Assembly: GCA_963780225.1 (NCBI GenBank)
Contig: CAWAAX010000003.1
Span: 24,193 to 88,192 of the forward strand
Direction: 5' to 3'
Source of the DNA: an uncultured bacterium
Lineage (GTDB): Bacteria > Edwardsbacteria > AC1 > EtOH8
Length of the DNA: 64,000 nucleotides
Under the pieces are notes generated by a model. It searched no databases. It was not told the DNA's origin and saw only the letters and a list, made by a program, of their open reading frames with translations. The position numbers and the translations under genes are program-made. Positions 45,334 through 53,792 of the stretch are shown here, piece by piece. How positions within the stretch are numbered: the first letter of the stretch is position 1; every line of letters begins with the position of its first letter.

Positions 45334-45556
45334 CAATTATGTTCTTTTTCTTTTTTGTACCGCCAACTAAGAAAAAGAACCAAAAAGAAAAAAGCTCGTC
45401 GCAAAATACTATCCGGGCGCTGCGCTTCTCGCTGACGGCGGGCTTGTCTGAACTCGGGCTTTTGCCAAGCCCTCAAACAGGCGCAGACAAGCTTTTAACC
45501 GCCGTCAACTGCGATGCTCACTGATAGTATTTAACGCGACAACCGGGGTTGGCACC
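45334..45556 (+). repeat. Dispersed structured repeat, copy 3 (reference copy)
   Basis: A 12-bp hairpin pairs 45341-45352 with 45369-45380. A long composite stem pairs 45434-45450 with 45484-45506 and encloses the GGGCTT/AAGCCC hairpin. No conserved ORF is shared among the copies. Confidence 0.8.
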
Positions 45557-45620
45557 TTTTGTTCTCCATGCTTCCTGAGTTGATTGGATGATTATTTAAC
45601 AAAATTTAAAGAAGGATATC

Positions 45621-45776
45621 ATGTCTAAGACAATCACCGCCGCCTCCAACGGGATCGGGATGGGGTCCGCCCTGGCCATGATCCTGTCCTGGTCCATCAA
45701 CCATTCCATCCTGTGGGCCATACTGCACGGGATCTTCGGATGGTTCTATGTGATCTATTTTGCCATAATGCATTAG
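45621..45776 (+). CDS. 51-aa small membrane protein
   Basis: RBS GAAGGA 7 nt upstream; MSKTITAASNGIGMGSALAMILSWSINHSILWAILHGIFGWFYVIYFAIMH contains two hydrophobic helices; not in the ORF track because it is under 60 aa. Confidence 0.5.
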   Translation: MSKTITAASNGIGMGSALAMILSWSINHSILWAILHGIFGWFYVIYFAIMH

Positions 45777-45917
45777 GTTCCGGGCTTCCGGCGGCCGGAA
45801 TACTGCCCGGCCAGGGAAGTTTTGAAAAATATTTTGCGTTCGGTGAAACAAATTTGAACCCTCCGGCGTATTCTCCTTTGAACAGGGAAACAACCAACCA
45901 TCAAAAGGAGAACGTCA

Positions 45918-46010
45918 ATGAAAACCAGCAACCCCCAGTTTGAGTGGGACGGCTTGATCCCGGTGGCCTTTCTGGTCAGCATGATCGTGATGACAATAGT
46001 CAGCATCTAA
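45918..46010 (+). CDS. 30-aa single-TM mini-protein (tentative)
   Basis: RBS AAGGAG; MKTSNPQFEWDGLIPVAFLVSMIVMTIVSI; followed by a hairpin terminator near 46040-46075. Confidence 0.35.
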   Translation: MKTSNPQFEWDGLIPVAFLVSMIVMTIVSI

Positions 46011-46152
46011 ATGACTGAACAATATACAGGCCGCTAATAAAAAGCCCTCCAACCCGTAATTGGCAGGGCTTTTTACGTTATTTCCGGCCTTCCAGCCGCT
46101 CCACCGACTTAAGCAACATCAAGACACACCAGGGAAAAGCCAAGCATCGCCA

Positions 46153-46713
46153 ATGCCCGCCGACAAACAGGACATAATACTGGTCCAGCGCTGCCTGGAC
46201 GGAGATTCCAGGGCTTTTAACGACCTGATGAACAAATACAAGCGCCAGGTCTTCAGCCTTATTTTCCGGCTGGTCAAAAGCCCGGCCGATGCCGAGGACA
46301 TCCTGCAGGACACCTTCATCAAGGCCTACCGCAACCTGTCCTCGTTTGACGCCCAGTACCCCCTGCTGACCTGGCTTTTCAAAATAGCCCACAACACCTC
46401 CATAGATTTCTTAAGGGCCAACAAGGGCGAGACCGTGACCATCCATGACGAGGAGAATCCGATAGACCTGGAAGATACGAGTTCCTCCCTGGAGGAAAAG
46501 ATGGAGCAGTCATCGGAAAAGGAGCTGATAGAGAGAATGGTGGACTCGGTCCCGGCGCCTTACCGCGAGGTCCTGATCCTGCGCCACCAGCAGGAGCTGT
46601 CCTACGAAGAGATCGCCGAAGCCGTTCAGATCCCCATGGGCACGGTCAAGGTCCGCCTGTTCCGGGCCCGGGAGATCCTTAAAACCAAGCTGGAAGCGGC
46701 CGGTTACGGATAG
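46153..46713 (+). CDS. ECF (sigma-70 family) RNA polymerase sigma factor
   Basis: Region 2 (FNDLMNKYKRQVFSLIFRLV...DILQDTFIKAY) and region 4 (LSYEEIAEAVQIPMGTVKVRLFRAR); I chose the start at the internal ATG (MPADKQ). Confidence 0.85.
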   Translation: MPADKQDIILVQRCLDGDSRAFNDLMNKYKRQVFSLIFRLVKSPADAEDILQDTFIKAYRNLSSFDAQYPLLTWLFKIAHNTSIDFLRANKGETVTIHDEENPIDLEDTSSSLEEKMEQSSEKELIERMVDSVPAPYREVLILRHQQELSYEEIAEAVQIPMGTVKVRLFRAREILKTKLEAAGYG

Positions 46714-46938
46714 CCTGTAAATTTCATGCACCGAATAACGAAGGACTACGAAACTAACCACGGAAACACCGAAGTCTGGAAAACACGGAACCTGGGGCGC
46801 AACATAAAGATCAATTCTGTGATTCAGTCATTCCGTGTTTCTGTGGTAAAAGCAATAATATCTAATAGTTCTAATAACCTGCCAAACCGGCGAAACAAAA
46901 TGCCCACCCATTGCGTATTCACCACAGAGGATAAAAAA

Positions 46939-47526
46939 ATGAACTGCATAGAACTTAAACATAAGCTGCCGGACTATATCGACCAACTGCTTGATAAGCA
47001 AGAAGTTAAGTCGGTAAAAGACCATTTAAGGACCTGCCGGTCCTGCCAGAAGGAATACCGGCTGTATTCCTTGGCCGTGGCCTCGGTGGCCGGCTTGCCG
47101 CTGCTTTCGCCCTCTCCGGATTTCAATTCCAAGGTCTTTTCGGCCCTAGGGTTGGAGTACAAACCATCGCTTTTCCCGGCCTGGTCCAAGTGGGCCGTCG
47201 GCCTGGCCAGCCTGGCCCTGATGTGGGCCGGAGGAGCAATGCTGGCAGGGATCTATGCCGTCAGCAGGCTGGGACTGGCCCAGACCTACTTATACCTGAA
47301 GAACCCCCAAAAAATCTTCACCGCCCTGCAGTTTGCCCTGGTCAAAACCTGGTTCGTTCTCTCCGATATCGTTAACAATGCCCAGGCCCTGATGGCCTGG
47401 CTGTTCAAAGGTTCAAACCTGCCGCTACAGATATTATTAACATTCCTGGCGGCGGCCGGAGTGGTGATGCTGGCAGGGATGAAGATGAGATACCAGCCTC
47501 AGGGTAGATCATGGAACCATTCATAA
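46939..47526 (+). CDS. Membrane anti-sigma factor (zf-HC2 type)
   Basis: HLRTCRSCQKEY (HxxxCxxC) near the N-terminus, then TM segments; I chose the start at MNCIELKH. Confidence 0.7.
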   Translation: MNCIELKHKLPDYIDQLLDKQEVKSVKDHLRTCRSCQKEYRLYSLAVASVAGLPLLSPSPDFNSKVFSALGLEYKPSLFPAWSKWAVGLASLALMWAGGAMLAGIYAVSRLGLAQTYLYLKNPQKIFTALQFALVKTWFVLSDIVNNAQALMAWLFKGSNLPLQILLTFLAAAGVVMLAGMKMRYQPQGRSWNHS

Positions 47527-47555
47527 AAAACAAAATAAACACAAGGAGAACTAAA

Positions 47556-48815
47556 ATGAACACAAACCGTAAGTTCATGCTCGGACTGGCTCTGGCCCTG
47601 ACGATTGGGACGCTGGTCCTGATGCTGGCCGCAGCCACCCTGCTGGCCCAGAAGGATACGATGGTCATAAAGACCAAGCTGCTGGAGAAGACCACGGCCA
47701 TCAAGGTTCAGGGGCTAAGCGAGCCGGCGCCCAAGGCCGGCGAGATCTACAAGCTGAAGATGGCCGGCAAGGACATCGAGATCAACGCCAAGGACTCCCG
47801 GGTCGGGGATGTGCACATTGCGGCTGGCGACACCATAGATGACGATCTGGCCACCAAGGGCGGCAGCATCACGGTGGACGGAGTGGTCACCGGCGACTGC
47901 GCAGCCATGGGCGGATCGGTCTTTGTCAACGGCGAGGTGCAGGGCGACGTGGCCTGCTTCGGCGGTTCGGCCGATGTGGCCGGCACCGTGGGCGGCGGAC
48001 TGGCCTGCTTTGGAGGCTCGGCGGACATTACCGGCAGCGTGGGCGAAGAGCTGGCCTGCTTTGGCGGCACGGTCACGCTGGGGCCCAAGTCATCGGTGGG
48101 CGGCGACGTATCGGTGATGGGCGGCACGGTGGAGAAATCCGACAGCGCCCAGATCGGCGGCGAGATCCAGAAGCTGGACCTGGGAATGCTCAACAACATG
48201 CTGCCGGGGATGATCGGCCATGCCAGGGTGGTACATGAGCATCCCGTAAAGTCAAGGTTCCTGGTCTTCGGGGTCTGGTTCTTCGTGGCCCTGGGCTTCA
48301 GCCTGATAATCCTTCTGATCACGGCCCTCTTTCCCCGTCATATAGAAGCGGTGAAGAACGCCACCCTGCAGGACGCCTGGAAGTCCTTCGGCATAGGCCT
48401 GCTGGTGATAGTGGCCTTCATGCCGGTCTGGATAATGCTGATCATAACCATAGTCGGCATCTTCGCGGTGCCGCTGGCCTACGCCGCGGCCCTGCTGGTC
48501 TCCCTGGCCGTCTTTGGAATGATCCTGGGTCAAAGGTTCTTCCAGATCACCAACAAACCCCAGCCGGGCATCGTGCTGACCGCAATGACCGGTTTCCTGC
48601 TGCTGATGGCGGTGATGGTGGCCGGGATGCTGATCAACGTGGCCGGCAGCCCCTTCAACATCCTGGGCTGGATACTGGTGATCATCAGCTGGATAGCCTG
48701 CTGGATAGGCATCTCCCTGGGTCTGGGCGGAGTCTGGCTGTCCCGGTTCGGCACGGTCAAAACCTATCGCTCCCCGGCTTTGCCGCCGGCCGTCCCCGAA
48801 ACAAAGCCGCAGTAA
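47556..48815 (+). CDS. Membrane protein with a bactofilin-like/polymer-forming repeat domain
   Basis: Repeated GDVACFGGSADVAGTVGGGLACFGGSADITGSVGEELACFGG beta-helix-type repeats, followed by about 5 TM helices; RBS AAGGAG. Confidence 0.6.
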   Translation: MNTNRKFMLGLALALTIGTLVLMLAAATLLAQKDTMVIKTKLLEKTTAIKVQGLSEPAPKAGEIYKLKMAGKDIEINAKDSRVGDVHIAAGDTIDDDLATKGGSITVDGVVTGDCAAMGGSVFVNGEVQGDVACFGGSADVAGTVGGGLACFGGSADITGSVGEELACFGGTVTLGPKSSVGGDVSVMGGTVEKSDSAQIGGEIQKLDLGMLNNMLPGMIGHARVVHEHPVKSRFLVFGVWFFVALGFSLIILLITALFPRHIEAVKNATLQDAWKSFGIGLLVIVAFMPVWIMLIITIVGIFAVPLAYAAALLVSLAVFGMILGQRFFQITNKPQPGIVLTAMTGFLLLMAVMVAGMLINVAGSPFNILGWILVIISWIACWIGISLGLGGVWLSRFGTVKTYRSPALPPAVPETKPQ

Positions 48816-48825
48816 AGGGAACGCC

Positions 48826-49017
48826 ATGATCAAGAAACTTTACCGTTCCCGGGACAATAAAATGGCAGGAGGGGTCTGCGCCGGACTGGCTAAGTACTTT
48901 GAACTGGACCCCACTTTGGTCCGGCTGGGAATGGCGGTACTGATGGTGCTGGGCGGAGGGATACTGATATACATCATCGCCTGGCTGATAGTGCCCGAGG
49001 AACCAACCATACAATGA
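48826..49017 (+). CDS. PspC-domain protein
   Basis: LYRSRDNKMAGGVCAGLAKYFELDPTLVRL followed by a TM helix. Confidence 0.8.
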   Translation: MIKKLYRSRDNKMAGGVCAGLAKYFELDPTLVRLGMAVLMVLGGGILIYIIAWLIVPEEPTIQ

Positions 49018-49102
49018 ACAATTAATCCTACTACGCTCTGCCTATGCCAAGGCTTTGGCAGACAAGCATAGCTTCGTCGGACAAGCAATTAACAATTAGC
49101 AG

Positions 49103-49142
49103 GAACCCCGGAGCCTGGAATATCAGGTCCGGGGTTCTTTAG
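49103..49142 (+). terminator. Intrinsic terminator
   Basis: GAACCCCGGA (49103-49112) pairs with TCCGGGGTTC (49128-49137), followed by TTT. Confidence 0.7.
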
Positions 49143-49162
49143 CTTTATCCCAAATATATCAC

Positions 49163-49191
49163 TTGACACTTGATTTTTGAAGTGATAAACT
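49163..49191 (+). promoter_or_regulatory. Sigma70-like promoter (TTGACA-17-TAAACT) with a roughly 190-nt leader
   Basis: TTGACA at 49163-49168, a 17-nt spacer, TAAACT at 49186-49191. Confidence 0.5.
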
Positions 49192-49378
49192 AATAAGGTA
49201 ATTGCGGTAATGCTCACGCAATATTTGTGCATAACCGGATAAAATCTGCGTTTTTATAACATCTACTATATTCTTTCTACTTTTCCTGATCAAGTTAGAT
49301 AGTCATTAAGTTTAAAAAGAAACCATTAAAAAACAATCGCTAAAAGACAGTATCCAAAAAGTAAATCAGGGAGGGAAA

Positions 49379-52300
49379 ATGGCAAGATTTAAAATGTTCG
49401 TGATAATGGCTGCTTTATCGGCCATTATCAGCAATGCATCTTGGGCTTTAAATATTGAAAAAGTCGAATACAGGGATTCCTGGGCCAAGCAGGGCATCAG
49501 CATTGATAAAAGCAGCCGGGCCGGCATGGATTTGACTTTTTCCTTAAAGGAGTTTTTCTTTGAAGAAAAAGATGTTGAAGGTGGCAAGGCCGTGGCGGTA
49601 AAAACGGCCGGTTCTCTATTGCCCATAGGGGCGGGATACCCGGATTTGCCGGTCATCAGCCATTATGTGGCACTTCCCAAAGGCGCCACTCCCAAGGTGA
49701 AAATAATTTCATACCGGGAGGAAAAATACAGCGGGATAAACATTGCTCCCTGCATGGAACTGCCTTTTGATACGGACCAAGAAATCAAACCTCTGGCAAA
49801 GAAGACCGAAATTTATGACAAGAACGAATTTTTCCCCAATGATTTTGTCATGCAATCTCCGCTTCAGAAAATGAGGGGTATGGATGTTTTTATTATATCC
49901 TTTTCGCCGTTCAGATACAATCCGGTTACCAAGGATCTGGTAGTCAGAAGGGATATGAAAGTCGAAATCTCTTTCGACGGTGGCACCGGAGAATTTGGGG
50001 ACGATTTATACCGGCATCCCTTATTCGAAGGAGTGCTTAGACAAAATATAATTAATTACGGCTCCATTCAGCCGACTAAATATGTCGAATTGGCTCAAGC
50101 CACCGCTACTGCAAAGGGATCCGAAGAGGTCGAATATATCATCATTGTTCCGGATGACCCCAGTTTTATTGCTTGGGCAGATACCTTAAAGGAATTTCGT
50201 AAAAAGCAGGGGATCAAGACCGGCATTTTTACTATTACCGAGATAGGCGGCAATACTCCGGCGATGGTGGAAGCCTTTATCGACAACGCTTATAACAATT
50301 GGACGATAAAACCCTTGGGCGTGTTGATGTTTTCCGATCTGGAATCCACCAGCAAGGCCTACGGCCTTACCTCCTCAACCCCGATTCCACATCCCAGCTC
50401 CTACCCCGACTATGTGTCCGACAATGTGTTCGGAGATGTTGATATCACCGATGCCGCCACCACTTGGGATAACGGCGGAGCGCCGGAGCTGGTATTTGCC
50501 AGGATGACCGCCCAGACAGCATCCCAGTGTTCCATCATGGTCAAGAAGATCATAAATTATGAATCCCATCCGCCGTCCGGCAGTAGTTTTTACAGTTTGC
50601 CGCTTTCGGCCGCCGGATGGCAGGATGAACGGTGGTTTGGTATGTGCTCCGAGATCGTCCGCGGCTTTCTTAAAAACAAACTGGGAAAGACCACTCAACA
50701 GCAATATGCCTTGGTGGATGCCAATGGCCCGGCAGAAGGCGATCCCTGGTCTACTACCGATCCCAGCGCCGTAGTGGCGGCCTACGGCCCCAGCGGCGAA
50801 GGCTACATTGCCGCCGCCGTGCCGGCTGGAATGGATTGGAGCTCCGGTACTGCTGATGGGGTAGTAAGCGCCGTCAATAACGGCTGTTTTATGATTATGC
50901 ACCGGGATCACGGTAATTATTACGGCTGGGGAGAGCCGGCTTTCACTAGGACAAATATACTCAGCCTAACTAATACCGACCTTACCTTTGTTTTTTCCAT
51001 GAATTGCCAAACAGGTGCATTTCAGTACCCGGACGCAGAAACCTTTTCCGAGAGATTTCATCGCATCCAATACGGAGCGCTGGGCGTGGTTTGCGCCACC
51101 GAAGTATCGTATTCGTTTGTTAACGACGCTTTGATCATCGGCGTGATGGACGGCTTATGGCCAAATTTCAATACCAGCAATAATTATGACATTCCTAATG
51201 CCGGCGCCGGCCAAACCTATGAAAAGTATTCCGAAGACCTACGCCCAGGGTTTGCATTGGCCTCAGGGAAATGGCATTTGATGAGCCAGACCTATACCAA
51301 TCCCGTTATTCCCTTGGCTTACAAGGGATTTACCTGTCAACTCTTTCACCTGTTTGGCGATCCCTTTATGACGTTTTGTTCCCAGATTCCCGATACTTTT
51401 GTGCTGACGTTTTATAGCAGCATACCCTGCGGCAGCCAGGCGTTTTCAGTCAACGTGAAAAATCAAAGCGGGCAGAACGTGCCGGGCGCTTTGATAGGCC
51501 TTTATATGCCGACCAATTCTCCCGAGATCATAACTTCAAATATCGCTGACGAGAACGGCAACATAACGTTCAGCATCAATCCCCAGGTAAGCGGCCCGTT
51601 GTATGTTACCGCCACCAAATCCAATTTTGTGCGCCATGAAACTTATGCCACGGTCAATTCCGGGACGCCGTCAAAGCCCACCTTGGTCAAATTGCTTGAC
51701 GGGGCCAGGGTGCCGGAATTAAAACCGGCAGTATCATTTTATTCTATAGATTCCTTGAAAAACCCGATTGATTACCGCGTTATCTGGGATACCACGGCCA
51801 ATTTTAATTCGCCGGTAAAAGACAGCATAACTACGGCTGCTTTCAGCAGTGGAGAAACCGTTAATTTTATCTTTCCCGTTAACCTGGTTGATGGCAGAAC
51901 GTATTGGTGGAAGGTAAAGGGGCGAGACCCGTCCGGAACCAACCTTTTTGGGTTGGAAAGCGACATCAGGTCATTCACCATAGGAACAGAGCTGCCGGCC
52001 GGTTCTGTCAGCTGGTTCCATGCCAAGGGATATCAATTTGCTTCCGATAATTGCACCGGAGCCGTGACAATCAAAGCAGACAGCGTGATTTTGGCCGAGC
52101 CCTCATCGGGGACAGTGGTGCTATTAAACGAAAACTTTGATGCCGGAACAAGTCTGCCCAACGGATGGAGCAGAAATGAAGTATACAATAATGAATATGA
52201 CTGGACCATAGGTACCAGCGCCAGCATTCTAAGCCAACCACCCAATTACGGAACTTATTATGCCTATGTAAGCTATCCGTCCTCCGGGCCAGGCACAACC

Positions 52301-53317
52301 AGCGATGCCGATGAATTGATTACGCCGCTTGTGTCTTTAGTAAATGGGGCATCAGGCTTGGTGTTAAAATATGGCATAGGATACAATTATGCTCAATTTG
52401 GCGATAGCCTAAGCACTTGGGTAAGATTTTCCCAGGGAGAATCGTGGCAGGTGGTATCCAGTAGAACTTCAAGTCAAACCAGTGCGACAGATTCCATTAA
52501 TTTAACCGGCTATTTGCCAAAAGACAGCGTTCAGGTTATGTGGCGTTTTTCATCTCCCGGCGGAAGAGCTGGAGAATATGTTGCTATAGATAATGTGCTG
52601 ATCAGCTGTGATTATTCTCTTCCCAATACGGACGGATCCCTGATAACCAGCCCGGTTGTGTATAGTTCCTTAGCAAACTCCACCGTAACCGACAGGGTTT
52701 CATATGGCTGGGGCAAGGTTATGTGGCACAAAAAACTTATCTCCGATTCCATAGGGGTCAGGATCGATTATCTTAATAACAATGTTTGGGCGCCAGTACC
52801 AGAGGCTGTATTGCCGGGAAATTCCGAAGGCTATTGGGATATGAATTCCGCAACAGACAGCTTAAGCTTAAACGGCCTGGATACGTTGGTATACGATACA
52901 TTGAGAGCCGTGGTGCTGATGTGCCGTCCTTTAAGTAAATCAAGCGCCAATCCGGTCCTGATTGACATTGAAATGGGCAGACCCGGATATATGGCGGCTA
53001 CCGGCGTTGTAACATCCGACAATGACAGAACCACACCCAAAATATTCAGCTTGGGACAAGCCTATCCCAATCCCGCTTCCGGAAAGGTTAGCATCAAATA
53101 TACACTTAGCACCACGGGCCAAACCAGCGTGAAGGTTTATAACATTTTGGGTGCAGAGGTCAAAACCCTGGTCAATTCCAGGCAGGATGCCAATGCCTAT
53201 ATGGTAACCTGGGACGGCAAAGACAATAACGGGAGGGCAGTGGCCAACGGCGTCTATTTCTATAAATTAGTATCGGGAGAATTTACCGCCACTAAAAAAA
53301 TGATGCTGTTGAAATGA
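49379..53317 (+). CDS. Gingipain-like C25-family cysteine peptidase with a T9SS C-terminal sorting domain
   Basis: EYIIIVPDD...WADTLKEFRKKQGIKTGI, catalytic-type HRDHGNYYGW and SMNCQTGAF, and the C-terminal YPNPASGKVSIKY...GVYFYKL...MMLLK sorting domain. Confidence 0.75.
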   Translation: MARFKMFVIMAALSAIISNASWALNIEKVEYRDSWAKQGISIDKSSRAGMDLTFSLKEFFFEEKDVEGGKAVAVKTAGSLLPIGAGYPDLPVISHYVALPKGATPKVKIISYREEKYSGINIAPCMELPFDTDQEIKPLAKKTEIYDKNEFFPNDFVMQSPLQKMRGMDVFIISFSPFRYNPVTKDLVVRRDMKVEISFDGGTGEFGDDLYRHPLFEGVLRQNIINYGSIQPTKYVELAQATATAKGSEEVEYIIIVPDDPSFIAWADTLKEFRKKQGIKTGIFTITEIGGNTPAMVEAFIDNAYNNWTIKPLGVLMFSDLESTSKAYGLTSSTPIPHPSSYPDYVSDNVFGDVDITDAATTWDNGGAPELVFARMTAQTASQCSIMVKKIINYESHPPSGSSFYSLPLSAAGWQDERWFGMCSEIVRGFLKNKLGKTTQQQYALVDANGPAEGDPWSTTDPSAVVAAYGPSGEGYIAAAVPAGMDWSSGTADGVVSAVNNGCFMIMHRDHGNYYGWGEPAFTRTNILSLTNTDLTFVFSMNCQTGAFQYPDAETFSERFHRIQYGALGVVCATEVSYSFVNDALIIGVMDGLWPNFNTSNNYDIPNAGAGQTYEKYSEDLRPGFALASGKWHLMSQTYTNPVIPLAYKGFTCQLFHLFGDPFMTFCSQIPDTFVLTFYSSIPCGSQAFSVNVKNQSGQNVPGALIGLYMPTNSPEIITSNIADENGNITFSINPQVSGPLYVTATKSNFVRHETYATVNSGTPSKPTLVKLLDGARVPELKPAVSFYSIDSLKNPIDYRVIWDTTANFNSPVKDSITTAAFSSGETVNFIFPVNLVDGRTYWWKVKGRDPSGTNLFGLESDIRSFTIGTELPAGSVSWFHAKGYQFASDNCTGAVTIKADSVILAEPSSGTVVLLNENFDAGTSLPNGWSRNEVYNNEYDWTIGTSASILSQPPNYGTYYAYVSYPSSGPGTTSDADELITPLVSLVNGASGLVLKYGIGYNYAQFGDSLSTWVRFSQGESWQVVSSRTSSQTSATDSINLTGYLPKDSVQVMWRFSSPGGRAGEYVAIDNVLISCDYSLPNTDGSLITSPVVYSSLANSTVTDRVSYGWGKVMWHKKLISDSIGVRIDYLNNNVWAPVPEAVLPGNSEGYWDMNSATDSLSLNGLDTLVYDTLRAVVLMCRPLSKSSANPVLIDIEMGRPGYMAATGVVTSDNDRTTPKIFSLGQAYPNPASGKVSIKYTLSTTGQTSVKVYNILGAEVKTLVNSRQDANAYMVTWDGKDNNGRAVANGVYFYKLVSGEFTATKKMMLLK

Positions 53318-53405
53318 ACCCATTTGAAAGGGCTTTCAAATAGGCCGTTCTTAAAAAGCGACAGTTTCACTAATAGTTAAACACGGCCTTTGCACTAATC
53401 AAAAA

Positions 53406-53762
53406 ATGATCGATAAAAAAGAGATCCGGCGGCAATACAAAGAGACCATCCAGCCCATGGGGGTCTACCAGATAACCAACCTAGCCAACGGGAAGGTATT
53501 TCTGGAAAGCAGCAAGAACCTCAACGCCATATTCAACCGGAGTCTGTTCCAACTCCGGGGCGGTTTGCATATGAATGAAGGCCTGCAGAAGGATTTTAAG
53601 CAGTACGGAGAATCTAATTTTGCCTTCGAAGTGGTGGACAGGCTGGAGCCCAAGGAGGGCCAGGGTTATGATTACAGCCGAGATCTGAAAGCGCTGGAAG
53701 AGATCTGGCTGGAAAAGCTTCAGCCCTACGGCGACAGGGGTTACAATGACAAAAAGTCGTAA
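53406..53762 (+). CDS. GIY-YIG nuclease-family protein
   Basis: GVYQITNLANGKVFLESSKNLNAIFNR (GIY...YIG...R), 118 aa. Confidence 0.8.
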   Translation: MIDKKEIRRQYKETIQPMGVYQITNLANGKVFLESSKNLNAIFNRSLFQLRGGLHMNEGLQKDFKQYGESNFAFEVVDRLEPKEGQGYDYSRDLKALEEIWLEKLQPYGDRGYNDKKS

Positions 53763-53792
53763 AATCAGCAAAACCGCAAACTAACCGCGATC

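Noticed and set aside
45339-45524. 61-aa ORF inside repeat copy 3, and the equivalent 61-aa ORF at 21981-22166
   Set aside because: The two translations share only the last 13 residues because the copies differ by indels. Copy 1 has an early stop in the corresponding frame. The repeat is therefore not protein-coding.
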